DNA of 63,573 bases, filler included, from Psammoneis japonica (taxonomy: Eukaryota), in the NCBI GenBank assembly GCA_008632985.1. It is 5 parts of 5 records of this genome, joined end to end, with 100 filler letters (N's around TTAATTAATTAA, not from the genome) between each part and the next. Parts side by side here need not be neighbours in the genome. Positions count along the whole stretch, not along the records: positions 1 to 13,208 come from QPGO01000505.1; 4 more parts are not named here. One strand, written 5' to 3'. Below the pieces are notes generated by a model, which worked only from the letters and a program-made list of their open reading frames with translations, was not told the origin of the DNA and did not search any database. This document shows, piece after piece, positions 1 through 12,267 of this stretch. Both the position numbers and the translations under genes were made by a program. How positions within the stretch are numbered: the stretch's first letter is position 1; each line of letters opens with the position of its first letter.

Positions 1-98
1 GCTCTCCGAATTCTTGTCGGCAGCAGCAGGAGAGCAGCATCCTCCCTTGTTGTTCCTTCAGCATCCTCTTCAGAAGGTTTCTGTGCACGTGTCTTCAT
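1..98 (-). CDS. possible 5' end of a gene running off the window (MKTRAQKPSEEDAEG...)
   Basis: ATG at 98-96 opens a stop-free frame to position 1; no recognisable domain. Confidence 0.2.
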   Translation of the reverse strand, partial: MKTRAQKPSEEDAEGTTREDAALLLLPTRIRR

Positions 99-1248
99 GG
101 CTGATGTCGCGGCGTCGTGTCGCATCGTATCTTCGGCGGCAGAGGGCGACTGCAAGAGAGACGGTGAAGAGGAGGTGGAGCGAGGTGACTGCTCCTCTTG
201 TTGGGTGGTTGGCGTTGGTTTGCTGAGACGGAATCTTCAAGTCGTGGACGCGCGGTGTCGGTGACGTCACGTACAATAAAATCTTGTCTGCGTGTTTGGG
301 GTGTCATTCAGTCAAACGGGTCAGTCCGGACTGGGGCGCGCAGCGCCCACGCAGGAAGTGCACCGGACTGGTCCGGACTGTGTGGTGGGGGGTGATAAAA
401 TAACTGACATCACATTATGACAGGTGAACCAAGGCATCACAACCCCAACGGCATTAAATTTGTCTTGATGACGATGCTGTCGAGAATCAAGCTTTGAAAT
501 TTTTTGAACAATCTCAGTGAACGGGGGCACAATGATCGTCCCAATGGCAACAGATCATGTCTGCGAGGACGCTCATTCGCTAAATCGCATGTAGCCTCCA
601 TGCGACAACGGAAATTGCGGATTTTTGCATCGAACATCGCGATGTGAAGGTGGTGTGTGCACGGAGCAGTTGTTCGCAGTTGGGCCCGTCGCGGGGAAAG
701 TGCACGTTCGGGCTTCAATCAATTGACTGGGTGGCTCAATCAACAGCTCGCGAGTGCCGGAGCTCTGCTTGGCCATCAGCACAATCAACAGCAGGCGACC
801 CGCCAATGAAGAGGAAAACACAAGGCCAAGGCCACAAGCTGCCTGCCTGAGCGCAGTGGCAAGAAGAAGTTTTGCGACATGACACCAGAGCACACTGTGA
901 CAAGAGGAAGGTGGTGAACCCGTTGAAGAAAAGAGATGGCAAGAGAAAAAAATTGCAATGGATGGCATTGAAAGGCGTGGAAAGGCAACACATCTGTTTT
1001 CTCAAGCACTGCCGTGCCCCCCCATTGTTGCGTCATCTGCGGCGCCCAGTTTGATGGGGCGGTTTCAGAAAGTCAATCATGGCATGTGCAGGTGGGGAAA
1101 ATTCAACCCTGCTGACACTTTTGCACATCATGATGCTAAAAAACACCAGAGGCAACCTGCATTTTTCCTTCCATCTCAAGCAAGTTGATGCCACATGCGC
1201 TGAAGCAACATCAGCACACAACCCGAGGAACAAAGCACAGCGACTCTT

Positions 1249-1642
1249 GACGGGTTCCAGTCCCAGGTGGGACTTTTTGTGACATTTGCCCCATGGAATT
1301 CCATGAGCGAGCTCTGCAGTTCGTACTCCGGTTGATGCATGTGTTTGTCTTCGACATAAAATGAACGGCCAAGTTTGCAGCACATGTGTCTCTGTTCGCA
1401 CTCGAAGCAGTTTTGGACAATGCTCCTGCCCTGTGCCATTCTCAAGACACTCGAGAATGGTGTAGAAGAAAAAAATGTTAAAAGTTGTTGAATGGATCAC
1501 CTGACAATTGTGCCATAAAATGATGCAAAATTTTGCCAAAATCACGTAGAAATGCACGTGCACGACATGCGACGTGATTTTCAAAAAACTGTCGATGTCA
1601 CAGTTCAGTGGTGCGAGGTCCCACCTGGACCTGGAACATGTC
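1249..1642 (+). mobile_element. MITE family A (about 390 bp, 25-bp TIRs, 4-bp TSD TCTT)
   Basis: GACGGGTTCCAGTCCCAGGTGGGAC ... GTCCCACCTGGACCTGGAACATGTC; TCTT at 1245-1248 and 1643-1646; further copies at 34-47 kb. Confidence 0.85.
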
Positions 1643-4372
1643 TCTTTTTAGAGTGGGCAACTGAACTTTTCTTGAAGATCCAAATGATCCCCCATGGCAG
1701 CCATGTTTTCTTTGTGTGTGTGAAGACGACGCAAAAAGGAAATTGCTTTGTGGCATCGGCTTTGTGAAGCATGGTTGATTTTGCAAAATGAGCACACTGG
1801 GAAAAACTCAAATGAAAAATGTTTGGCAGACTCAAGGCTGAAACTCAAATGTTCTTGTTTCTGTGAATGATTGAATTGCAATTTTTGTCCCAATGGCAAT
1901 TTGTTTCTGTCTCTCATTGTGCTTTCAAATTTTCAAAACAACACAACAAGTGAATGGTGACACCATTGTTGTCCCAACAGCAACAGATTTTGTCTTGACG
2001 ATGCTTGCCAGGGGGACAATTCCCCTTGATGCTTGTTCACCAATTGAAAAGGGGGCTCACACTTGCTGGCCAGCAAAGAGTCACACTGGTCAATGAGCAC
2101 CTCCTTCTCCAGATCTTCTCCTCCAGATCTTTTTGCACAGCTCAGTTGACCACACCTTTTTTGTCAAGTCTTTTGAGCTGAATTTTTTGTGCAGCATGGC
2201 TGCCACAACCAAGCTGGCTGGTGCACAGCTTTTTTGCCCCCCCCTGCATTTCCATGGAGCTGAGCAAGTGTGTGCACAACGTGCATCAGGCAGCAACATG
2301 GTCCTGCACAAACACTTTTCCAAACTGTCAAGCACAACATGGTGCTTGGCTGCTGACCAAGAGAGTCATCTCAAGCAGGCACTGCAGGCATGGTGCAGCT
2401 GGCTGCTCTTGCTCTTTGCTTGAGAGACAAGCTGAGAGCATTTGCAAAAAGGCTTGTCACTTGGAGAAGGTTGTTTGCAGACTTGCAGCTGACTCAGAGT
2501 GCAAGAAAATTGTTTTGTTGTTGTTGTCAGTGCTGGCCCTGCTTGCCAGGTGTGTCACTGCCTGGCCTCTGTTTCTGATCAGCAACAGCTTCTTGTTGTG
2601 TTCTTGATGAGAGCTGTTGCACAGGCAGAGTGCCCAGCACTGCACTGCTTTCAATTGTCAATGTGGAGAACAGCCAAGTGTTGGCCAAAACCGCAGAGCA
2701 CATGGGAGGCTGGAGAGCTTTGCTGGAGCATGTGATGTGTTTTTTGCAAGATTTTCTGTGCATTTCTACATGACACGCACTTTTTGCACCACAATCGCGT
2801 GCAATTTTCAAGCTCCCGCACGAGATGTCATCTTTTTTTCATGTCTCATCCACAAATTGCGCACACCGAACCATCCTTGCACCAACATCCACAATGACAA
2901 AGAAAACAAGAATGGTGAAATGGGTCAATGCATCTGCACTCAATGCGATGATGTGGTTGAAATTTTGGTGTTCGCCGTTTGTTGTGTCTTGTGGATGGCC
3001 TTTTGTCTCACGATGTTTTGTGCCTGCCTCTTTTGCTCATCCTCAGATTGCGATGTGGCATTGTTTGAAGTGCAAGGCTCTGATGACTTGACACTTAATC
3101 CAAGCAACAGTGTGTGTCTTTGTGGTGCATCAGTGTTCTTTTTGTGATGCGTTGAATTCACTTTAAGTCGGCGTGGACTGCACTTGTGGGTTGTGCGCAA
3201 ACATCAAACATTGGCGCCAACAAAAGAATGACTCTGCATTCAGTTGTGAGGGCGCATGGGGTTTAAGAAGCCACCAGACGAGTCTAACAGCTAAAATGTT
3301 GTAAAATGGAACAACGCTTTTACAGTGACATCCATGTGTTGTGGCCACTTCACTTCATTCCAAGGTGGAGCCAGTGTCAATGGCGTTGAAACACTGTCAA
3401 CATTTCATTGTCACCTCTGCTTCTGCTTGTCAAACAACTTAATTGCTCTGCATTTGTCAAAGTTTGATGCCAAAATTTCAATGCCAGCGTGCAACTGACT
3501 CAAGACTCCCCACAGGTCGACAAATCAGTCAATCTTTGAAACAGCGGATCGCGCAAAAAATGCATGTGCAAAGTCAGTTCCCCCAATTTTTCACATGAAA
3601 AAAAAAAAGGAGTTAGAATGCCATTCTATTTTGGTGTGAGCTCCTTGCACAACAGAGAATGCAGACATCCTTTCAAAATGGTCAAATCGGATGAAAGAAG
3701 CAGAGAAACAGTGACTCAAAGTCGTTCGGAAAACTGCCGCGCGCAGTTTCCCATCATTTTGAGACCAAAAAATTGACTCCAAAAGAGCTTTCTCCTTTTG
3801 TCCGCACCCTCCAACAAACAAAGAAGGCAGCCGGTCAATGAGAACAAACAGATCTGATGAAAGAAGATGCAAAAAATCGGGGAAAAGCACGGGCTCGGAT
3901 GAGATTTTTTTGTCACACAAAAAGCATGGTGACGGAAAATGGATGGATGCAATGTCACACCCTCGTGCACGAGTGACCCACCTGGGATGAAAACACACCA
4001 TGTGCACTGCCAGGCCAGTGACAACAGCATGGCAATGGCACCATCACAGCACAAAATGCATTTGCTTTGTGCACTCCACTGCAGGAGCAATTTTTCCGGG
4101 TTTCTTTTTGTCGGACGTCATCGTGTGAATTTAATGGCACCACCTGACGTCACCGAATCTGCAAGTTGCCATGAGAACCCACAGGAAATGCACTGTCTTG
4201 CAGCTGCGGGGGCGGACCACAACCTGCTGCAGCCGCAAGCAGAAAGATTTCAGCCCGCACAAAATCTGCATGATTTCTCTGCACCGTTTTGCTTGCGGGC
4301 AAAACCTGACACCTCCCTCTGACAACAAAAAACACATCACACGCATCGTCACAACACAAGCCACAAGAAGTC

Positions 4373-5458
4373 ATGTCATCCATGCAACACATTTGTCATG
4401 CCTGGTGGGCAGCCACAGTGTCACAAGTTGTCATGGGGGCGTTGCAAGAGTTGAGGAAGGAGGCGAGATCTGGTGGCTCTAGCGGCGCTGACGAAAAAGA
4501 AAATGCGAGCGGCACCAGCACATTTCTGCGATCAATGTTGACAGGCCGACCCCGCATCAGACTCTGGATGGACCAGAATCATCTCTTGCAGAAATGACAA
4601 ACCTTGAAGTCGATCTTACGGAGGATGAAAAAGTTGACAAAATCAACAAGGAGAAGGGAGTCACGAATGAGCCCAAGCTTCCAAACTCACTGAAAGTGGA
4701 AAATGAGTCTTTGTTGCATGACATGCTGTTCATCATGCAAACAGCAAAAGCAAATTGGTGTGTCAAGCACATTTCCAAGAAGGCCACCACATCTTCAGTC
4801 TGGCAGCCAATCATGGACCAGTTCTGTGACCCACCGGATGGCCCTGCACGTGGCTGTGCCAAGCCAGATGGTGAGACTGCACACTGCACCTTCCAACAAA
4901 AGTGCTGGAAAATCACAAAAGATTTGGCAAGTCATGCTTTGAAGAAGAAGCAAGAGGACTGCTCCCCCTGTGAGGTCTCTGCATTGGTCATGTGGAAGGA
5001 GCAGCAGGAACTGGTCATGAAAGATGAAGAGACCAAGTCAGAGGCGACAGCTTTGCAGAGGGACAGAGCAGCTGCAAATGCTTCATGTGAAGCAAAACTT
5101 GACCTTGAGCCCCCAGCTCCATTCACAAAGAAGCGCCCAGTCCCAAGTGCAGCTGCCAATCCTTCTGAGAGGCCTGATGGAAAAGTGCCGGGGGGAGCCG
5201 AGGTCGAAGGACCGTGTGCTGGATTTGGAAAAAACCCAAGAAAAGGCAGATGAAGTCTTGAGCAGCATCAAAGCTTTCTTGCCATGCAAGGAAGAGATTG
5301 GAGAGTCAAACAAGCGCAAGAAGAGGAAGCTTCAGCTGGACACAATGGCATCTGTGGCAACAATGATCGCGCAGGGTGGGGATGCGGGTCTCGATGTTTC
5401 CAGGTTTGAAGAGCATTTCAAGCAGCCACACGACAAGTTTTTTGAAGACCAAGCTTGA
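4373..5458 (+). pseudogene. decayed second ORF of a PIF/Harbinger-like element (putative DNA-binding partner); intron 4512-4591
   Basis: Charged, protein-like ORFs 4373-4597, 4594-5253 and 5024-5458 converge on the transposase; phase-consistent intron with a GC donor; partner role inferred from Harbinger two-ORF layout. Confidence 0.5.
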
Positions 5459-5657
5459 AAGAGATTAGATGTTAGATGGCATGATGTTTACAAATTGGGG
5501 TGCACATTTCATTTGGCTGCAGTCACTTGACATGGCTGCTTTGCTGGTGCACTGTTCTTTTGCACATTGTCGACGAGTGCAGTGCATTTGTTTTTTAGCA
5601 CATTGTTGTTCCCAGCCTGTTGCAATGCCACCAGAAGAGCTTGCACACCATGCACAT

Positions 5658-7078
5658 CTAATGCACATTTGAGTGGTTTTGAATTGATGGTGGATTGACA
5701 CCAAATGTGCCGATCGCACCAATCTGGTTGTGGTTGAAGCACGTGCAACAATTTGTGAGCAAAAAAGACACTCGAAGCTGCTCACATGCACGCGGCCTTT
5801 CACAGCACAGCTTGAAAGAAAAGACAAAATATCCTGCAAATTCGAAAGACATTGGATGCAACACCATGGCTCCACTCCACGTGATGCGCACTGCCTTGAG
5901 CCAACAATTTTCGAGCAGCTGAATGGGCGTGAGCGGAGCCAGCCCGTTGTGGCCAGGGTGATGCGCATGAATGACACACTGTTGTTGAGCAAATCCCTGG
6001 CCCGTGTGCACAGCACACAGCATGCCATCTGGAAAGCAGCCTTGCTGAATGTCCAGCAAGTGCTGATTCATGGCCGACAAGTGCTGCAAATCGGTGTCAG
6101 CTCCAACAAACTCAAAAAACACAAAGAGCAACGATGGCGATGAGCAGCCACTTTTTTTTGTAAATGCAAAGCACATCGGTGATGCACAACTGTGTGCTTG
6201 CCTGCAAGCTGAAGCAGGACCCCATGCAATGCTCAAGCCATTTGGAAAGACCATTGATGATGTCTAATTCTGTGAATGTGCTTGTGCCCTGTGCAAACCG
6301 ATCGCTGAATGTTGTCTGCGTCAGGCCGACGCGGTGCATCCACCCAGTCTTCAACTGTCCCTGTCCCTGGAGTGTTTGTTTCAAAAATTGAACAGTCCAC
6401 AAAGCCAAAAATGTTGAACTCTCCTGGTGGGTGAACAAGACCGGGGACGTCGCATGCTTGACCAGTGTCGGGATCAGTCCACTTGCACTGCTGCTTCAGC
6501 TTTCGCTCTGTTGCTCTTGCAAACAAGGGAAAATTGTCAATCCACCTTTCAAGACCTTGTTGTCCAAGTGCACAATCACATCTGTCATCAAGATGCAGCA
6601 AAAACCACTGGCATCCATGCGACCACTGAGTCAAGTCCCTTCCTCCAAAGCAGTGATCCACCAACACAGTGTTGTCAAGTCCAAGTGCAATCTCAGTCAA
6701 AGAAAACAAAAACAATTCCTCACCAGCAAATTGACAATGATGTCCTGGAAAGCATGGCACAAGAACTGTGTCGGGCAGCTCAAATAAATCATGCAAATCT
6801 TGCAAATTCTCCACGTTGAATCGAGTCGTTCGTTCGGCACAGTTGTCAGAGCAATCGTCGATTCGTCGGTGATGTGTTGGATGAAAGTCAGTGGGATGAT
6901 GCTCCTCCTCATGTGTCACATCACCAATTGTCGCATTTGCATCAGCCCAAATCTGAGCCACATGATGATGCACAAAAATGTCGCCCATGTGTGCGCAAGA
7001 GCGCGCCAAACGGATCGTCCGCATCACCAACTTGCTCTGGATCCAACAAGTGCCCATTTTCCTGATTGACAACATCAA
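5658..7078 (-). mobile_element. decayed PIF/Harbinger/ISL2EU-type DDE transposase (DDE_Tnp_4/HARBI1-like)
   Basis: Motifs FNIFGFVDCS, QRSVCTGHKHIH (=YxGYK), VFPNGLSIAWGP, AVRIT/VEWSHG (=VEWxYG) spread over frameshifted frames. Confidence 0.75.
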
Positions 7079-7834
7079 TTCTGGACACGATCGAAAGCAC
7101 AGTGAGAATCACAGACCATTGAATAACTGATTGAACAGAACATGTCCAGAAAACCTCTGTTCTCCTTGGCACAGACACTCCTCGCTCGCGTTGAGAGACC
7201 CACCCCTCATGTTTCTGTTGGTGAACCGCCGCGGCAATTTGTGGCGGTGTCCATGGTGGAACAGCCGTGGTTGTTTTGGCATGATGTGTAGATCAAGAGT
7301 ACAACAACAATACGATTGCAAAAGTGTTCTTTACCTTGGTGGACGAGAAGCCGTAACCACATTGTCAAAGCATCAAAGCTGTGCCGTGCGGGTTGAGCGG
7401 AGCCGCTTCGGGCAGCGAATCGTGATTGAGTCGCGTGTTGAAACACGAACGGATGGGAACCCTCCACCCATGACCCGTACGGGTCGGTAAGAACACTCTA
7501 CTAGAGTCTACTGCCAGCTCCATCCAGTTGCAGCAGATCATGAGAATGACCCACAGCGGTCATTTATTTCGTACTGTAACATCTTGGATCAAAGTGTCCA
7601 GGATGTCAATCATAAAATGCCGTAAGGTCGGTAAGCTTTTTCCATTTAACAAATCGTTTCTTTTTTATTTAAGACTGACATTTCTGCTCTTCTTCCAGAA
7701 ACGCCATGGTTTGGCAAAACGCGATCCTTCGTCGCGACCTACCTGACGCGACGATCCGACGACACCAGATGGCTTCTTCCAGTTTCTCTTCTGCCAGAAG
7801 ATACTGTATTCTCCCACAACCACAACTCGTTCCA

Positions 7835-9108
7835 ATGTTGCTGTATCCTTCTCTTCTCATTGCGTCCTGGCTCTCGACGGGAGCCTGGGCAGCACCCATG
7901 GCGTGTCCTTCGGACCCAGCCATTGTAGGATACACAGACCTGAAGACACTCACGGTCGACATTGGTGATTTCAACGGCACAGACGGAGAGTTCATTCTTT
8001 GTCCCCAAACGACCTTTGTCGCAAACTGCATTAATGGCTCGGACTTGTTTTTGCAGGGAAACGGTACAAAAGTTCTTTGTGGTCCGAATGGTAGTGTCGA
8101 CGATAACTGTACCATTGCCACCGATCGCAACTCGTGTCCTCTTGTGTTTGTGCAGACACGGCCAACAATGTGTTGGTCAAGGGCATTACAGTCGATCCAA
8201 CTGCTGGTGGCTTGACAGAAGCCATGAGGAGTCAGATTGCTGCGGTGACTCCAAACAGTACTTCCACCTTTGAAGATTGTATTTGGAAGGTTCGTTTTTT
8301 GCTGTTTGTCTTGGACCTTGGTTGAGTGTGTAATTTTGTCAATTACTCAGCTGCGACATTTGTCCTCGACTATAGAATGTTATCATGGCTCCTAGTCCTT
8401 TCAGGTCCATTATACGTGTGTCCCAAAGTAGCTTGACGTTGATTTCAAACACCTTCCAGGTAAGAAACTCAACACCTATCTATTGAGTATTTCCTTGGCA
8501 TTCATATGAAGAACGAGGCTTAAGTCCTGTATGTTATTTTCAGACCAACACTGCAAAGTCTCTTGTGGAAGTCTCGACCGGAACCCTTAGCGTGACTAGG
8601 CTGTATTCCAATTGTAACATTTTAGAAGAGGTAGGTATCAGAACGAGAGTTGCGAATTTTGCTAGTGTATGCCATTTCAACTCTAACATCCGTATGATCC
8701 TTAGTCTCCAATCCAAACCTTTGAACCAGATGGTGGTCCCTTGTCCGTGACGGACTCTTGCTTTGTGGAGAATGCCTACAGCTTTGGAGCATCTATGCGG
8801 ACCGCCGTATTTCAAATGTGACTCAAACAAACAACTATATTCGGGATTCGGTTCCCTCGGAACCAAACGAAGGTGCAATCCCTTGCAATGGTGTCTACCA
8901 GAGTACGCTCGAGAACTCAAAGGGTTTTACGTGCGACAACTTTACCGCCGTTGCCTGTGCTTTTGGAAGCTCTTCCTTTATTACGTGCCCCACCACTTCT
9001 CCTACCGTTGCTCCTACTACACCCACGGATGCACCGAGCGCGGGATACCAACCCGCCAAGAATGGCGGTAACCTTGTGGCATTGGACTTGTGGTTGTCGC
9101 TGTCATGA
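7835..9108 (+). CDS. secreted Cys-rich surface protein with Pro/Thr tail; introns about 8290-8375, 8460-8543, 8631-8704; two apparent frameshifts (about 8150, 8790)
   Basis: Signal peptide MLLYPSLLIASWLSTGAWA; LCPQTTF and CGPNGSVDDNCTI motifs; GT-AG introns join open exons; PTTSPTVAPT tail. Confidence 0.6.
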
Positions 9109-9620
9109 TGTGGTGAAGAAAGGAAAGGAGACAGTCTTCAGAGTCATGGTTGGAGAGACGCAAATGCTTTAGTTGAAAGTTCAGCTACGTTAAAATTTAC
9201 GTTAAGACAGACATACCAATTGTGACAATGTTGCAACTGCCAACGTAGCCTCTTTGAAAAGGAAGGAATTGAAAAGGTCACATATCATCCCGAGGGGCAT
9301 ATCCATCACTTGAACCGGGCACATAGCGATTGGGCTTTGCTGCCCATTTTTCATCTACTCCCTACAGTACGGTACTAGGCTCCAAGCTGCTCACTGGACA
9401 GGGAAGGTACACAACGCCCAGGTTGTAACACTTAATTACCGCAATTGCAACCCTTCCAAGACACGGCAGATGCCCCCCCCCCCCCTCCCCTCGTAAGGTA
9501 CAATGGTACACATGGAAGCTATGACAAGGATCCACAACGATTTCTATTGTTTGCATCTTTGTCTGTAGTGCTATGCTTCCGGTGGTTCCTTTTGAGACCC
9601 GCGGAGGAAAACTCAACAAG

Positions 9621-10463
9621 CTACAGATTACTCTTGCCGGGAGATTCTGCTTGGCCAATTACCAGTGCTGTCCCATCCTTGTTGTACAAGGCGGCAAAAG
9701 GGTGTTCCTTGTGCACGTAAACAGACAGCGTTTGATTCAGTTCTGCGGGCGCCAAGTACTGAACCGATACTTTGTAATTCTCATAGGAATACCCTTGAAT
9801 GTGCATTCCCTGTATAAGTAAGTCCACCAGTGCAGCATGATCTACATGGGAATTGTTGCAATGCTGAGGTCCAATAAGAACATCAAATATGTGTTGCATC
9901 ATGTCACTCTGTGATGGAACGGTTAGTTTGGTCACTTGAGGAAGCATCATCACGTCGTTTCGAGGTGTTGCAGGAAACAGTTCGGTTCGTTCCTGTTCTG
10001 TCACTTTAAGCAATTCACCGGTCGTTGTGTCCGTTCTTACATAGATTCTCGTAGCAGCTGCTAGCAATTCATCTTGAAAGCAAAGTATATTGCCAAAGGT
10101 GATGGATGTGTTTCCCAAATTCTCCACCCACATTTCAGACACGACTGGTGTTGAATTTTCTTCAAGCCGCTTTTTCATATTCTCAAGTGGAAATGTTATA
10201 CAAGCTTGAGATACACAAAACATGTCTGAGTTTTGGTTCGTCAAAAATCGGGCTGCACCCATGGCATGTAAATGATGATCTGCCAATCGCAAACACGATG
10301 CCGTTCGTATGGAAGATTCAAGCAGGTCTGTCGATAAGTTCACGGGGGCAGTCAGGATTGGGAAGGATGAAGAATCTGACATGAGGAAACGTCGTGATGC
10401 AATCAGTTGACGATGACCAAAAGTAGCAAGACGCAGTAGTGTTGTGGCAGCCGTCATCGTCAT
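9621..10463 (-). CDS. double-hotdog thioesterase-like protein, probably organelle-targeted
   Basis: Long intronless ORF; WVENLGNTSITF and NSHVDHAALVD...VQYLAPA motifs; Arg/Ser/Ala-rich presequence-like N-terminus from ATG 10463. Confidence 0.6.
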   Translation of the reverse strand: MTMTAATTLLRLATFGHRQLIASRRFLMSDSSSFPILTAPVNLSTDLLESSIRTASCLRLADHHLHAMGAARFLTNQNSDMFCVSQACITFPLENMKKRLEENSTPVVSEMWVENLGNTSITFGNILCFQDELLAAATRIYVRTDTTTGELLKVTEQERTELFPATPRNDVMMLPQVTKLTVPSQSDMMQHIFDVLIGPQHCNNSHVDHAALVDLLIQGMHIQGYSYENYKVSVQYLAPAELNQTLSVYVHKEHPFAALYNKDGTALVIGQAESPGKSNL

Positions 10464-10761
10464 GGCGACGGCGGGATGTTTGTGATGTTGTAGACCTGTA
10501 GACCTAGCTAGAGTGTGTACTGTCGTGTAATGTTTTTGTCGGGACGTCGGACGGACGGTCTTGTTCTGCTTCGAGCGAGCTACGAGTTTCATAAATTCCT
10601 GTCTCGTTGGCTCTGACGTAGGAAGTCCGTCCGTGTCACGTCAGTCCAAAACCCAACGACAGAAAACGACCGAAACGACCAAAACACGCCGACCAACGAC
10701 CACGGTTTTGTGACGAGGTCATCATATTTTCTGTCTCTTGCATTTGTGAAGATTCACCATT

Positions 10762-11998
10762 ATGACTTCTACAATACACGAAGACAAAGAGGAAGAACGA
10801 AATCTGAATGAAACGAACGAGAGTGAAGTCGAGCTAACAGAACGATCAAATGATGACTCTTTGTTGCAACGAGAGAACGAGAATCTGAGGTCACAACTGG
10901 AACAGCTCCATGTGGAATTATCACGACTACGAAAAGAGCAAAAACAATCGAATCTTACTCGTCAGCGTTCACGAAAGGGTTCCTCAAATAGTTGGAACTG
11001 GCTTAATTCGTTTCAATTTTCACCGCAATCACAAGAACCAGACGAAGAACATCGACCAGTCATGGTGGATGACAGTTTTGAGAATGAAACAATAGATGAA
11101 GAAGAAGAGGAAGTTCCCACTTCGGTCGGACTTCATCACCGAAGAACACAAAGTCCATCACAGTCGCCCTCGTTTCGACCACTAGAAAGTCCAAGAGATA
11201 GTCCACCACCCATGTCGACTTCCTTGAAATCAAAAGATTCTGATTTAGAATTTCAACAACTCACAGCTCATCACGACGTCGAGGGCGACGAGGAGAGTGA
11301 CCTTTCCGATTCGGACGGTTTAATTTTAGAAGGAGGAGTCATGAATGATGGGTCCTTTGGGGCCGTTTTAAAAGACCGTGCCATGTGGTTGGTCGGCTTG
11401 CTTGTCTTGCAATCGTTTTCTTCGTTCATCATTAAAAACCACCAACAAATGCTTTCCGAACACATTGTAATTGTTCGATTCTTAACCATGCTTGTTGGGG
11501 CTGGTGGGAATGCGGGAAATCAAGCTAGCGTCAGAGTCATTCGGGGATTGGCAGTGGGTACGCTAAATCGTGATACAGTTCGGTCCTATCTGGACGAAGA
11601 AATGAGAATGGGCTTATGTTTGAGTGCAATCTTGGGTGTGGCCGGCCTCGTTCGAGCAGCAATTGTGAGTTTCTGCTACAACATGCCCTATGCAACAAGC
11701 TCTATCGTGTACCCTGTTTCTAAAATGCCTCTCCTCCTTTTTCTTGTATCAGTTCATGATACCACTTGCCGAAACAGTCGCAATAACGTGTTGCCTAATT
11801 ATGATTGTCGCGATAAGTATTGTTATCGGGGCGCTTTTGCCACTGGGCATGAAATATGTAAACATTGATCCGGCTCATTCCAGCACCACTATTCAAGTGC
11901 TCATGGATATTTTGGGAGTTACCATCACGGTGTACATCAGCGCAGCGATTCTGGATGGCCCGTTTGGTGTACTGCTTGGTGCAAAACAACATGGTTGA
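10762..11998 (+). CDS. MgtE-family divalent cation transporter; exons 10762-11664 and 11753-11998
   Basis: RAMWLVGLL, TMLVGAGGNAGNQASVRVIRGLA and DPAHSSTTIQVLMDILG motifs; GT-AG intron 11665-11752 restores the frame. Confidence 0.88.
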
Positions 11999-12267
11999 GC
12001 TGAGAGCTATCTGAACTCGATCTACAGAAATTGTGCGAGTGTATTACATCTACCAATTCTGAACAATGGGGACATTTTCCTTTTGCGAAGAGTCACATTC
12101 CTTTCCATACCATAAACAAACACTGTCAGCTAATAAAATAGACGAAACCACTTTGATTTTGCGAGGCAGACTCTATGTAGCAAACATGCGCAACCGGCAC
12201 AAACACAGAACCATCTGAAAATCTCTCTAGGTATCGCAAAAGCAATAAGCATCCTAAAATTTTGTTT

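Larger units (their letters stand above)
440..7290. other. TpA-depleted repeat domain 1 (nested, decayed transposons)
   Basis: No TA dinucleotide at all between 1651 and 2766; the few survivors elsewhere are mostly TAA/TTA/TAGA/TCTA; TA returns to normal from about 7300. Confidence 0.9.

Noticed and set aside
440..7290. Classical fungal RIP or CpG deamination as the sole explanation
   Set aside because: RIP creates TpA; CpG decay does not remove TpA, and TA-free but CG-rich stretches exist (31253-32445)
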